A stretch of DNA of 40,000 bases from Candidatus Altimarinota bacterium (GCA_046314355.1 JBKBWQ010000001.1:823115-863114), one strand, 5' to 3'. Counted from the first letter of the stretch, positions 28,423-37,124 are shown. Notes: a model not told the origin generated them from the letters alone. A program made the numbers and translations.

Positions 28423-29952
28423 TTATCTTTTTAGCTTACGGAGCATCTCTTTATCTACGACACGAAGCGCTATCAGTAGTAATAGATACGTAGTTCCTCC
28501 AATCATTAATGCTATAAGCATAGCTGGGTATTTTCCCATAGTGCTGAACAGAGGTCCTTCCAGGTATTTCAGCAAGACCGCCATACTCACAGCTGCAAGA
28601 GCTATCTTTAGGAATTTTCCGGCACGGAGATGAAACTCTAAGCCCTTTCTTGCATAATAGTAAGTCATCACTAGTACAATAATTTCAGAAATTACAGTAA
28701 TAATAGCCGCAGCCTTTACTCCCCAAATTGGTATACAGATAATGTTTGCCACCACATTAAGTACAAGCGTAGTGCAGTTTACAATTATAAGTTTTTTCTG
28801 ATTATCCTGAGCAATCAGCAGAAAGTTAAATAAGAGATTGAGAAAGGAGAAAACTATCGTAAAAATCAAAATCTGCAGATAAATGTCTGATCCTACAAAT
28901 CCTGTCTGTAAGTTGGAAATGTAAGCATCAGAATTTGTTACCCGTATAACCTCACGGGACAGAGCCCATCCTCCGGCTACAATCGGTGCCGACATCAAAA
29001 AGAGAAAATCAAAGGAGTATTGAATCATGGCGGAGACATCCTTACTCTTTGTTTTGATACTCTCACTCAGAGCTGGTAGCAGTGCATTGAGAAAGAATAA
29101 AGGAAGAATCGTAAAAATCTCTATTACTTTAATTGGTGCAGAATAAAGAGCCAGCTCCTCTGCTACGATTTCCTTTGGAAGAAAGAAATAGAGTAGAAGT
29201 GCATCTATCTTAAAATAGAGAGTCGCAAGTACAAGTGCAAACCCATAAGGCAAAGATTCCTTTATGATCCGTTTCCAAAACTCCCAGTTGAAAAGAAAAC
29301 GTATCCTGACATATGCACTAGCCACATGTCTTGTATAAAAAAACATCACTATATTCCCTATGACTCCTGCCAAAAATAAAGCCTGAAAACCTAAAAATGT
29401 CGTATCTGCTGCATATCCCGGAGAGGGTTTTGCATATAATAGAAAGATGGAAATACAAAATATACTTACGATCACAATTTTGCCCACCACTTGAGCAATA
29501 GTTGCATGGAGCATGTCATATTCTACTTGCAGCACACTCGTAAGAGCACCTGTAAGCAGAGCAAAAATAGTAGAAATACCAGCTAGTCCCAAGGCAATCA
29601 GGAACATCACTCCCCATCCTTTTTGAAAAGCAGGTACAAAAGAAATCACAAGAAGTGAAGCAACTACTACTAATATGCTCAGCACTAATCGTATACTTAA
29701 AATATTACCAATAGTCTCCTCCATTTTTTCCTTATTCTTCGCAAGCTCCCTGATTGCGATCGTATAGAGACCAAGGTCAGCAGCAATACCAGCAAATCCA
29801 AGAAACATATATGCAAACTCATACATACCTCTCTCTGCCTTGGTAAGATAGCTTGCAAGAAGCACAGAAGTAATGAGGCTAAAAAAGCCGACGCCTACTT
29901 TTCCGACGACTTGTATAAATGTATTTGAAAGAATCTTGCGGGCTGTGGACAT
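28423..29952 (-). CDS. MOP-superfamily polysaccharide/oligosaccharide flippase (Wzx/MurJ-like)
   Basis: 509 aa with about 14 TM helices. N-terminal KILSNTFIQVVGKV..GMYEFAYMF pattern typical of Wzx-type flippases. Confidence 0.75.
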   Translation of the reverse strand: MSTARKILSNTFIQVVGKVGVGFFSLITSVLLASYLTKAERGMYEFAYMFLGFAGIAADLGLYTIAIRELAKNKEKMEETIGNILSIRLVLSILVVVASLLVISFVPAFQKGWGVMFLIALGLAGISTIFALLTGALTSVLQVEYDMLHATIAQVVGKIVIVSIFCISIFLLYAKPSPGYAADTTFLGFQALFLAGVIGNIVMFFYTRHVASAYVRIRFLFNWEFWKRIIKESLPYGFALVLATLYFKIDALLLYFFLPKEIVAEELALYSAPIKVIEIFTILPLFFLNALLPALSESIKTKSKDVSAMIQYSFDFLFLMSAPIVAGGWALSREVIRVTNSDAYISNLQTGFVGSDIYLQILIFTIVFSFLNLLFNFLLIAQDNQKKLIIVNCTTLVLNVVANIICIPIWGVKAAAIITVISEIIVLVMTYYYARKGLEFHLRAGKFLKIALAAVSMAVLLKYLEGPLFSTMGKYPAMLIALMIGGTTYLLLLIALRVVDKEMLRKLKR

Positions 29953-30049
29953 GAGAAATTTGGGAACAAGAAATACTCTGTCATTCTAGGAAAATTATCC
30001 GAAGACAGCAAGCATAGTTACAAATGAGAATGGATCCAACCAAACAAAA

Positions 30050-30376
30050 TTACGCGACTAACTGAATTCTAATACCATCCGGACCGTCAACCATGTCTCC
30101 TTTATAAATCTTATAACCCATATTCTCTAATCGTAGTTTTATACCTTCTATATCATCTACATTCAGTGCAATATGATTGATAGTCTGCGTAGTATTGTCA
30201 CCTGAAAAAAGTGCAAATACCTGAGTCCCTGCACTCATGAAGTATTCATCTCCATAATCTCCCTTCTCTTCCAATCCCAATCCCTCAATAAAAAACTTTT
30301 TTCCTTCCGCCATGTGAGATACATATACAGCGATGTGATCTATTCCAGTTACTTTAGACATCTTATAACACGACAA
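30050..30376 (-). CDS. VOC-family (glyoxalase/bleomycin-resistance fold) protein
   Basis: IDHIAVYVSHMAEGKKFFIEGLGL and INHIALNVDDIEG: a paired beta-alpha-beta-beta-beta module signature. Confidence 0.8.
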   Translation of the reverse strand: MSCYKMSKVTGIDHIAVYVSHMAEGKKFFIEGLGLEEKGDYGDEYFMSAGTQVFALFSGDNTTQTINHIALNVDDIEGIKLRLENMGYKIYKGDMVDGPDGIRIQLVA

Positions 30377-30486
30377 TAAATAGTTTTTCTTATTTTTCTA
30401 CAAAAGAATTAATAATGAGAATTGAGAATAAAGCATCATGAGCCTACCCTTAATTACTAATTACTCCCTTACTCAATTACCTGAGC

Positions 30487-31101
30487 TTAAAACTTCCTTA
30501 TCAAATACCTCACTACTCCCTGAATCTCCAGTTCATGTATTGCATGGATATCAGGATACTGAGCATTCTCAGCCTTTAAATACATAACTCCTGAAGGTTC
30601 CTTCATAAGTCGCTTTAGAGTATTTTCCCCATCCACAAGCCCTACTACAATATCTCCCGGAAAGCCTTGAGTTCTTTCAACGATGACAGTATCTCCTTCA
30701 AATATTCCCGCATCTATCATACTTTCTCCCCGCACAGTAAGTGCATAGATATCATTTTTAGTACCTAAAAATGATACATCAAACGGTATATACCCCTCTA
30801 TATAATCCGAAAGATCCTGAGGATTTCCTGCAGGAATATTTCCAAAAAGCGGAACCTGCAGCATCGTGCTGTCTAGCTTTTGTCTTACTTTATCAAAGAG
30901 AGCAATACCTCTTGCTGTATTATCTCTTTTTATAAATCCTTTCTTCTCAAGAGCACGTAAGTGTTTGATAACTCCATTTACACTTTTAATCTCAAAAGCC
31001 TCCTGGATCTCCGCAATCTTTGGAGAATAGCCGTTCTTTAATTGGTACGTTTCAATAAAATCAAGGATCGTTGCCTGCCTGGAAGTAAGTCCTGTAGACA
31101 T
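30487..31101 (-). CDS. lexA: LexA repressor
   Basis: N-terminal winged-HTH (LTSRQATILDFI..GYSPKIAEIQ). Likely Ala-Gly cleavage site (NIPAGNP). S24 peptidase motifs GESM and KRL. Start placed at the ATG at 31101. Confidence 0.9.
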   Translation of the reverse strand: MSTGLTSRQATILDFIETYQLKNGYSPKIAEIQEAFEIKSVNGVIKHLRALEKKGFIKRDNTARGIALFDKVRQKLDSTMLQVPLFGNIPAGNPQDLSDYIEGYIPFDVSFLGTKNDIYALTVRGESMIDAGIFEGDTVIVERTQGFPGDIVVGLVDGENTLKRLMKEPSGVMYLKAENAQYPDIHAIHELEIQGVVRYLIRKF

Positions 31102-31133
31102 AAGAATTGTTGGAAACAATATAGGTTACTTAA

Positions 31134-31162
31134 ATAGTAGTGATAATATGTTCACTAGTCAA
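31134..31162 (-). promoter_or_regulatory. candidate lexA promoter
   Basis: The minus strand reads TTGACT-17 nt-TACTAT, ending about 30 nt upstream of the lexA ATG. Confidence 0.5.
31138..31157. promoter_or_regulatory. candidate LexA operator (SOS box) in the lexA promoter spacer
   Basis: Inverted repeat TAGTGA-N8-TCACTA. The minus strand contains GAACATATTATC, a degenerate GAAC-N4-GTTC Cheo-type box. Confidence 0.4.
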
Positions 31163-31312
31163 GGGAAGAAGGAAAAAGTAATTAAGTAATTGAGGAAGAA
31201 AGTAATTAAGTAATTGGGCTCAATAACTGGGCTCGGTAATTGGCTGCAATTATTGAGCTCAATTATTCGAGCCTAATAATGTGCGCCTAATGATAGAAGC
31301 CCAATTACTCTT
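31161..31312. repeat. C-free AGTAATTAAGTAATTG duplication followed by about 8 degenerate ~14-bp tandem units
   Basis: AGTAATTAAGTAATTG at 31177-31192 and 31201-31216. Then GGGCTCAATAACT / GGGCTCGGTAATT / GGCTGCAATTATT / GAGCTCAATTATTC / GAGCCTAATAATGT / GCGCCTAATGATAGA / AGCCCAATTACTC. Confidence 0.65.
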
Positions 31313-31424
31313 CCCCCTCCCTCTGCTCAAAAAAATTTAAAAATTTTACTAAACTCCATGGACCCTATATACTATTTTAAATTACAAAAGAGTCTCCATA
31401 TCTGCCTTTTACCCTACCTTATCC

Positions 31425-31673
31425 ATGTTTCTGATCCAGGTGTGTATCATAGTTATCCAGATATTTCTTTTTGTACTCTTCATGAGAGTGATGCTTTCAT
31501 GGCTTCCTATACCGTCCATTGAAAAGGTTGTACGTATTTTAGGTGATATCGTTGATCCTGTACTGCAGCCTTTTCAAAAGATTATCCCGCCTATTGGTGG
31601 AATCGATCTGACGCCGATGATCATTTTTTTCCTGCTTTCTCTTCTTGAGCAATATCTCTTTTCACTCCTGTAG
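31425..31673 (+). CDS. yggT: YggT-family membrane protein
   Basis: 82 aa, two TM helices; MRVMLSWLP..DLTPMIIFFLL is a typical YggT pattern. Confidence 0.8.
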   Translation: MFLIQVCIIVIQIFLFVLFMRVMLSWLPIPSIEKVVRILGDIVDPVLQPFQKIIPPIGGIDLTPMIIFFLLSLLEQYLFSLL

Positions 31674-31676
31674 AAT

Positions 31677-33764
31677 ATGCACAAAGACCACATTGCTTTC
31701 CTCTCCCCGGAAGATAGTATTGAACATCTCGCAAGCGATAGTACCTTTGGTCTAGCAGAACGTGAAGCACTCCTTCGCAAAAAAGAATACGGCACCAACG
31801 AACTGCCTAAGATTACTCTGCAGGAGCTTTTAAGTGAATTCACTTCTCCGTTTTTTCCTTTTTTGATATTCCTCGCTGGTATTACTTTTTATTTTACACG
31901 AAGCATATTCACTTTCTGCTTTCTCCTGCTTTTTGCATTTATACATCAGGGTGCTCTTCTTATTCTTTATAGAAAAATAATTACGAGATATTTTGAAAAA
32001 TATCAGTTTTTTGAAAATACTTTTCCAGAATATGTACATACGGTACGAGGTAATCATATAAAAGATATCCCGACAGCATATAGCGTTCCGGGAGACATTA
32101 TTTATGTAGAGGCTGGAGATTCAATTGGCGCTGATATTAGAATCCTCTCAACTTCTCACCTTACAGTAGATGAGAGTATTTTGTTTGGTCCTATGCATGC
32201 ATGCAGCAAAAAAACTGCAAAAGAACTCAAAGACCGTTTTAGAAATCCTCTCTCTGAAAATATTCTTCTTGCCGGCTCTTATATTCTTGAGGGAAGCGCA
32301 AAAGGTATAGTCTGGCATACAGGAAAAGATAGATACCTTCAGCAGCTTTACTTTCCTAAAAAGCAGGATATCTGGAAGAATAGACTTTACTCCTCTGTTG
32401 CACTGGTCTATTGGACTCTCTTGATGCTCCTGACAGGACTTACACTAGGCAAACTCCTTGAGCCGTATCTTTGGACATATATTGGCATAACTTTAGGACT
32501 ACTTGTGCCAGTGGCATACCCGCTTGCACTATTACCTGCTCAGGATTCTCTTAAAAAGTCTATTCCAAATGGTATGCTTGCTCAGGTTGAAACATATATT
32601 GAACCTGCTATCTCTGATACAAAGGTCTTCCTACAGGGACAGGAGATTGATCTCAGCAGCCACAGTGATGTAAAGAAACATAAGAGCCTTGTTGAGAACT
32701 TCTTCGAACTCTTCTTTCTAGCTGTCCCTGAAGAGGTGAAGAAAGAACAGCTCACAGAACTTAGATCTCTTGAAAGCTTTGTACAGAGGACTTGTAAGAT
32801 GAGCCTTGATTCCCTTCCAAATCTTGAGAAGAACTCTACTCTTTCAAGATTCTCTTTTGATATTCATAAAAATGAGTGCTTTGGAAAAACAGTATACATT
32901 AATACACGACCTGAAGATGGTCTCGGAGAAAAGGATTTTCTCTTTGATACAGATCCTATTATTACATTAATATTCTCTGATCCCGCTGCTCTTTTAAAGG
33001 ATGCTACATATATTTCTGATGAGAATATGCAGCTTATGAAAAGAAGGTTTTTTAAAGGAGAAAAAGAAAAGCTTGAAAAACACATCAAGGACCTTGAGCA
33101 AAAAGGATATCTACTCTATGCAGTGGGCGTAGAGGAAACATTGATGAAGACGAAACAAAGACATGAGACCACAGCAACTTTCGTAGGCTACGTGATGATC
33201 CCGTGGAGGTTTAAGCCTCATGGAGAAATGGCACTCAATAATCTCCAAAATCATAATAGCCATCTTTGGCTGTTTAGTTTCAGATCCTTTTCACCATCTT
33301 TTCTAGCAGAGACATTCTCTGTGCCTATGAAAGATATTATGGAAAGTGAAGATCTCATGCATAAAAGCGAACAGTTCAAAAAGCAGCTTTCTCAAATGCC
33401 TTTTAGGGTATTCCATAAGATGGAGCTCGAAGATATCATTACTCTTTCAAAGATCCTGAAAAAACACCGTGAAGCTCCTGTCATCACACCTCTCTGGGAA
33501 AAGGAACTAGGGGAGTTTCTCCTCCCTGATACAGCTTTTACCTCTGCACCAAAGCTCTCGCGCGCACGGGATCATATACTTGCCTCTGAACAAAAAAAGA
33601 AGCAGGTACAGCAGCTCTCTCTTTGGTACTCATGGATATTGGCTCTTTCAGGAGCAGAACTACTTCCCTATATACTTCAGACTGAGTATCTCTATCTTCT
33701 TTTCATCCTGCCCTTTATTCCCGTCTTATTGATTATACTCTTTTGGACAAAGCGGTCAGCTTGA
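31677..33764 (+). CDS. P-type ATPase homologue with degenerate catalytic motifs
   Basis: Cation-ATPase N-terminal segment (GLAEREALLRKKEYGTNELP). Actuator-domain pattern (VPGDIIYVEAGDSIGADIRIL..VDESILFG). TGES, DKTGT, TGD and GDGxND are not conserved. Ends in TGA. Confidence 0.65.
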   Translation: MHKDHIAFLSPEDSIEHLASDSTFGLAEREALLRKKEYGTNELPKITLQELLSEFTSPFFPFLIFLAGITFYFTRSIFTFCFLLLFAFIHQGALLILYRKIITRYFEKYQFFENTFPEYVHTVRGNHIKDIPTAYSVPGDIIYVEAGDSIGADIRILSTSHLTVDESILFGPMHACSKKTAKELKDRFRNPLSENILLAGSYILEGSAKGIVWHTGKDRYLQQLYFPKKQDIWKNRLYSSVALVYWTLLMLLTGLTLGKLLEPYLWTYIGITLGLLVPVAYPLALLPAQDSLKKSIPNGMLAQVETYIEPAISDTKVFLQGQEIDLSSHSDVKKHKSLVENFFELFFLAVPEEVKKEQLTELRSLESFVQRTCKMSLDSLPNLEKNSTLSRFSFDIHKNECFGKTVYINTRPEDGLGEKDFLFDTDPIITLIFSDPAALLKDATYISDENMQLMKRRFFKGEKEKLEKHIKDLEQKGYLLYAVGVEETLMKTKQRHETTATFVGYVMIPWRFKPHGEMALNNLQNHNSHLWLFSFRSFSPSFLAETFSVPMKDIMESEDLMHKSEQFKKQLSQMPFRVFHKMELEDIITLSKILKKHREAPVITPLWEKELGEFLLPDTAFTSAPKLSRARDHILASEQKKKQVQQLSLWYSWILALSGAELLPYILQTEYLYLLFILPFIPVLLIILFWTKRSA

Positions 33765-33765
33765 G

Positions 33766-34827
33766 TTAAGCATCATTTCCTACAGTATATACAAGCAGCG
33801 GTGACACACCCATAATTTTCTCTGGCGTATCCAGAATCTTCTCAGGCTTTCTCTCTGCCACATAGTATGCAGCAGCACCTATCATCGCAGCATTATCTGT
33901 GGAATAGAGCTTTTTCATAGGAAAGAATATCTGCTCTTCCTGAAAGCCATGCTTGTGAGCATGCGTAAGCATATACTCCTTTAAAGCATTATTTGCTGAT
34001 ACTCCTCCTGAAACACAGACAGACTGTGCATTCATGTATTTTGCTGCATCAAAAAGCTTTTCTGCGAGCACTTCCACTACACTTTCCTGGAATGCTGCAG
34101 CAATATCTATCCGTTCTTCCACAGTAAAGGTACCTTCATCCTTGAGAAGCTGGACATGACGCTTTACATCACTCTTGAGTCCGCTAAAACTAAAATGGTG
34201 ATTTCCCTTCTGTTTTAGTGCGCGAGGCAGGTGACGCCGAATAGAGAGCCCCTCTGATTCTTTCAAAAACTTTTCTATAGCTGGTCCTCCAGGATATCCC
34301 AGTTCTAATATGCGCGCTACCTTATCAAAAGCTTCACCAGCAGCATCATCTAGAGAATGACCTATAAGCTCATATGAAAAGAAATCTTTCATATAATAGA
34401 GATCATTATGACCTCCTGAGACAGTAAGCACCACCAATGGAAACTTAATCTCATCCTTATCTCTTTCAAGCCAGTTTGCGTAAATATGCCCTTCAATATG
34501 ATGGACAGGTATAAGGGGCTTTCCTAAGAAGAGAGCAAGGGTCTGAGCTGTAGAAATCCCCACTATGAGTGAGCCTAAAAGTCCAGGTCCCTGTGTCATG
34601 GCAATAGCATCTATATTTTGAAATCCTCCAATAGCCTCTCCCATAGCACGGAGAGATGGAATCGCTTGTCTTACATGTTCCCGCGCGGCAACCTCAGGTA
34701 CTACTCCTCCTGTGACAGCATGGAGATCAGCCTGAGAAAATACATGACAGGATTCTACATCAGTACCATCTTTTACTACTGCCCATGACATATCGTCGCA
34801 GGAGGACTCTACAGCAAGTATTCTCAT
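33766..34827 (-). CDS. tsaD: tRNA N6-adenosine threonylcarbamoyltransferase TsaD
   Basis: MRILAVESSCDD, VHHIEGH, SGGHN, GVSAN: full-length TsaD/Kae1 similarity. Confidence 0.93.
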   Translation of the reverse strand: MRILAVESSCDDMSWAVVKDGTDVESCHVFSQADLHAVTGGVVPEVAAREHVRQAIPSLRAMGEAIGGFQNIDAIAMTQGPGLLGSLIVGISTAQTLALFLGKPLIPVHHIEGHIYANWLERDKDEIKFPLVVLTVSGGHNDLYYMKDFFSYELIGHSLDDAAGEAFDKVARILELGYPGGPAIEKFLKESEGLSIRRHLPRALKQKGNHHFSFSGLKSDVKRHVQLLKDEGTFTVEERIDIAAAFQESVVEVLAEKLFDAAKYMNAQSVCVSGGVSANNALKEYMLTHAHKHGFQEEQIFFPMKKLYSTDNAAMIGAAAYYVAERKPEKILDTPEKIMGVSPLLVYTVGNDA

Positions 34828-34882
34828 AAGTGTATATTTACAATGTATTCAGGTTATACCCTTTTTAAGATATGACAGCAAC

Positions 34883-34919
34883 AAAAAAAATACCCCCCGC
34901 GTCGAACGCGGTTAGGGTA
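34883..34919 (-). terminator. rho-independent terminator of the LysM/M23 gene
   Basis: On the minus strand, TACCCTAACCGCG-TTCGA-CGCGGGGGGTA hairpin followed by T8. Confidence 0.7.
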
Positions 34920-34935
34920 TTTTTTATTTATTTTC

Positions 34936-36069
34936 TTATAGGTATGAAAGTGGATTCATACGTACATTGTTCTTGATAACCTCGAAGTGAAGATGAAGTC
35001 CTGTTCTACCATATGATCGTCCAGTGTTACCCATCCAACCAATAGTTTCTCCAGCACTTACCTGCTGACCTGGAGTTACGTAGAGTTCTTTCATATGCGC
35101 ATAGAGCGTTCGGAGACCGTCACCGTGATCAATAATGATCATATTTCCGTATCCTCCGTTATAACCTCCTTGTGCTTTAATTACTTTACCTCCCTTAGCG
35201 GCCACGATACCTGTAGTATGATTTCCCTTTGTATAACAGATGTCGATGGCAGGATGTCCTGAATGAAATTTCTGTGTAATCACAGGGCTTGCAGTAGGCC
35301 ATCTAAGAGATAGTCCCTGCTCTGTTGGCTCACTAGTTTTAGGTGTTGTCTTCTTTGCAGCAGCCGTAGTAGTCTTCTTCGCTGTTACAGCTACAGTTGC
35401 TGTAGTTTTCTTCGGAGTCGTCTGAGCTACATTTGCAGCAACTGTTGGAGCTGGAGTAGTATCTGCAACAATAGTCGGTTTTACATCACTAAGCTTAAGT
35501 CCTGGAAGGATAAGCTGTGATCCCTTAAGTACAGCTGCATCATCAGAAAGTTCATTCTGATTGGCAATAATAACTGGATCTAGACTATATTTCTTTGCTA
35601 TTTCAGCAACATTCGTATCATTATCTATAGTATAGAGTACTCCATCTACAGGAAGCACCTTCAGTGTCTGACCTTCCTTAATCATAGATGTAGCTTTCAA
35701 TCCGTTTGCTCCTATAAGAGTCTCCGTAGAGATACCATAACGTGCAGCAATTCCTCCTAGAGTATCGCCACCCTTTACCGTATATTCCACAAGATTATTG
35801 GATGTAATTCGTCCGGCATCATCTGTTCCTAAGATAGGATTAGAAAGAATACCGTCTTCACCAACATATACAGAGTCAAAGTTCTTAGCAAGTTCATCAA
35901 TGTCATCTGCCTGCATGGAAATATACATTCCATCTCCATCAAATACAGGAGTAGCAGCAGTACCTACCGCAGCGAAGCTTGGTAAAATACTTGCAGAGCC
36001 AAAAAATACAACCATTACAAGGGACAGTATTCTCTTTCGGAGATTTCCATGGGAGAACACGACATGCAT
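34936..36069 (-). CDS. secreted LysM-domain M23 peptidase
   Basis: Signal peptide. Two LysM repeats (YTVKGGDTLGGIAARYGIS, YTIDNDTNVAEIAKKYSLD). T/A/K-rich linker. M23 motifs HPAIDI and GLHLHFEV. Confidence 0.85.
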   Translation of the reverse strand: MHVVFSHGNLRKRILSLVMVVFFGSASILPSFAAVGTAATPVFDGDGMYISMQADDIDELAKNFDSVYVGEDGILSNPILGTDDAGRITSNNLVEYTVKGGDTLGGIAARYGISTETLIGANGLKATSMIKEGQTLKVLPVDGVLYTIDNDTNVAEIAKKYSLDPVIIANQNELSDDAAVLKGSQLILPGLKLSDVKPTIVADTTPAPTVAANVAQTTPKKTTATVAVTAKKTTTAAAKKTTPKTSEPTEQGLSLRWPTASPVITQKFHSGHPAIDICYTKGNHTTGIVAAKGGKVIKAQGGYNGGYGNMIIIDHGDGLRTLYAHMKELYVTPGQQVSAGETIGWMGNTGRSYGRTGLHLHFEVIKNNVRMNPLSYL

Positions 36070-36447
36070 AGATGAGTATGCATATTCAAAAAATGAAAAA
36101 AGTGAGGTGTGGGAACGGGATTTAAGTTCTGTTAAATGTTCTTCTCTTAAGCTTAGTTTCTGATGTCTTCGTTTTTGTGCTAGTTTGTTCGATCTGGTTC
36201 CTATGGTCGACTCCTTTATTAGATATAACTATCATACGGTATACGTCTGTGAAGCTCGTAACTTCCACCTGTATGAGAGTTATTTTACTCATACAAATGC
36301 AGATTTAGGGGGAATCCCCTGCGTATAGTGATAGCGGCAGACAGCGCCAAATGAATAAATTGTGTTCAAAAAATGAACAGTTCGAAAGGGATTATAATGA
36401 AAATGATCAGACTACACAATAGACAATATTAAAAAATTATTGTCTAA

Positions 36448-37011
36448 TTATTCATTATCGCGCGAAAGGTACTCTCCTGTTCGCGTGTCAACTTTCACTT
36501 TCTCTCCTTCCTTAATGAAAAGCGGAACCTGTACAACTAGACCTGTACTAAGCGTAGCAGGTTTTGATCCTCCTGTTGCATTGTCTCCTTTCACTCCTGG
36601 AACTGTTTCCATTACTTCAAAAGACATGCTTGGAGAAAGAAGAATTGCAATAGGCCGTTCTCCAAAAAACTGCACATCCACATCAGATCCTTCAATAAGA
36701 TAGTCCTTTGCATCTCCAATCTCATCTTCACCCATCTGAAACTGCTCATACGTATTGCCGTTCATGAATTCAAACGCATCTCCAGTCTTATAGAGAAACT
36801 GTGCCTTTGAATATCCTACATCTGCAGGCTTTACCTTATCTCCAGACTTATATGTCTTTTCAATAATTGATCCTGTTACAAGATTTTTAAGCTTTGTGTT
36901 CATCATACCTGCCTGTCGCGCTACCTTGATATGCTGATACTCAACTACCTGATATGGTACACCATCAATATCTACACATACGCCTTTTTTCAGATCGCTA
37001 ATTTGATACAT
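36448..37011 (-). CDS. efp: elongation factor P
   Basis: Full-length EF-P similarity (GGSKPATLSTGLVVQVPLFI, VKVDTRTGEYLSR). Start at the ATG at 37011 (MYQISDLKKG). Confidence 0.92.
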   Translation of the reverse strand: MYQISDLKKGVCVDIDGVPYQVVEYQHIKVARQAGMMNTKLKNLVTGSIIEKTYKSGDKVKPADVGYSKAQFLYKTGDAFEFMNGNTYEQFQMGEDEIGDAKDYLIEGSDVDVQFFGERPIAILLSPSMSFEVMETVPGVKGDNATGGSKPATLSTGLVVQVPLFIKEGEKVKVDTRTGEYLSRDNE

Positions 37012-37040
37012 AAACCTTTCATGAATTATAAAACATTGAA

Positions 37041-37068
37041 ATTGTAGCCAATAGAAAGTACTTGGCAA
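37041..37068 (-). promoter_or_regulatory. candidate efp promoter
   Basis: The minus strand reads TTGCCA-16 nt-TACAAT, about 30 nt upstream of the efp ATG. Confidence 0.45.
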
Positions 37069-37124
37069 GGGAAAGGAGGAAGTAGTTGAGTAAAAGAGTA
37101 AGAGAGTAATTAAGTAAGAGGGGG
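37067..37124. repeat. C-free purine-rich module homologous to 31161-31218
   Basis: AAGGGAAAGGAGGAAGTAGTTGAGTAAAAGAGTAAGAGAGTAATTAAGTAAGAGGGGG against AAGGGAAGAAGGAAAAAGTAATTAAGTAATTGAGGAAGAAAGTAATTAAGTAATTGGG. Both abut the -35 box of a minus-strand promoter. Confidence 0.6.

Noticed and set aside
31161-31312. CRISPR array
   Set aside because: The units are 13-16 bp, degenerate and contiguous, with no unique spacers. There are no cas genes.
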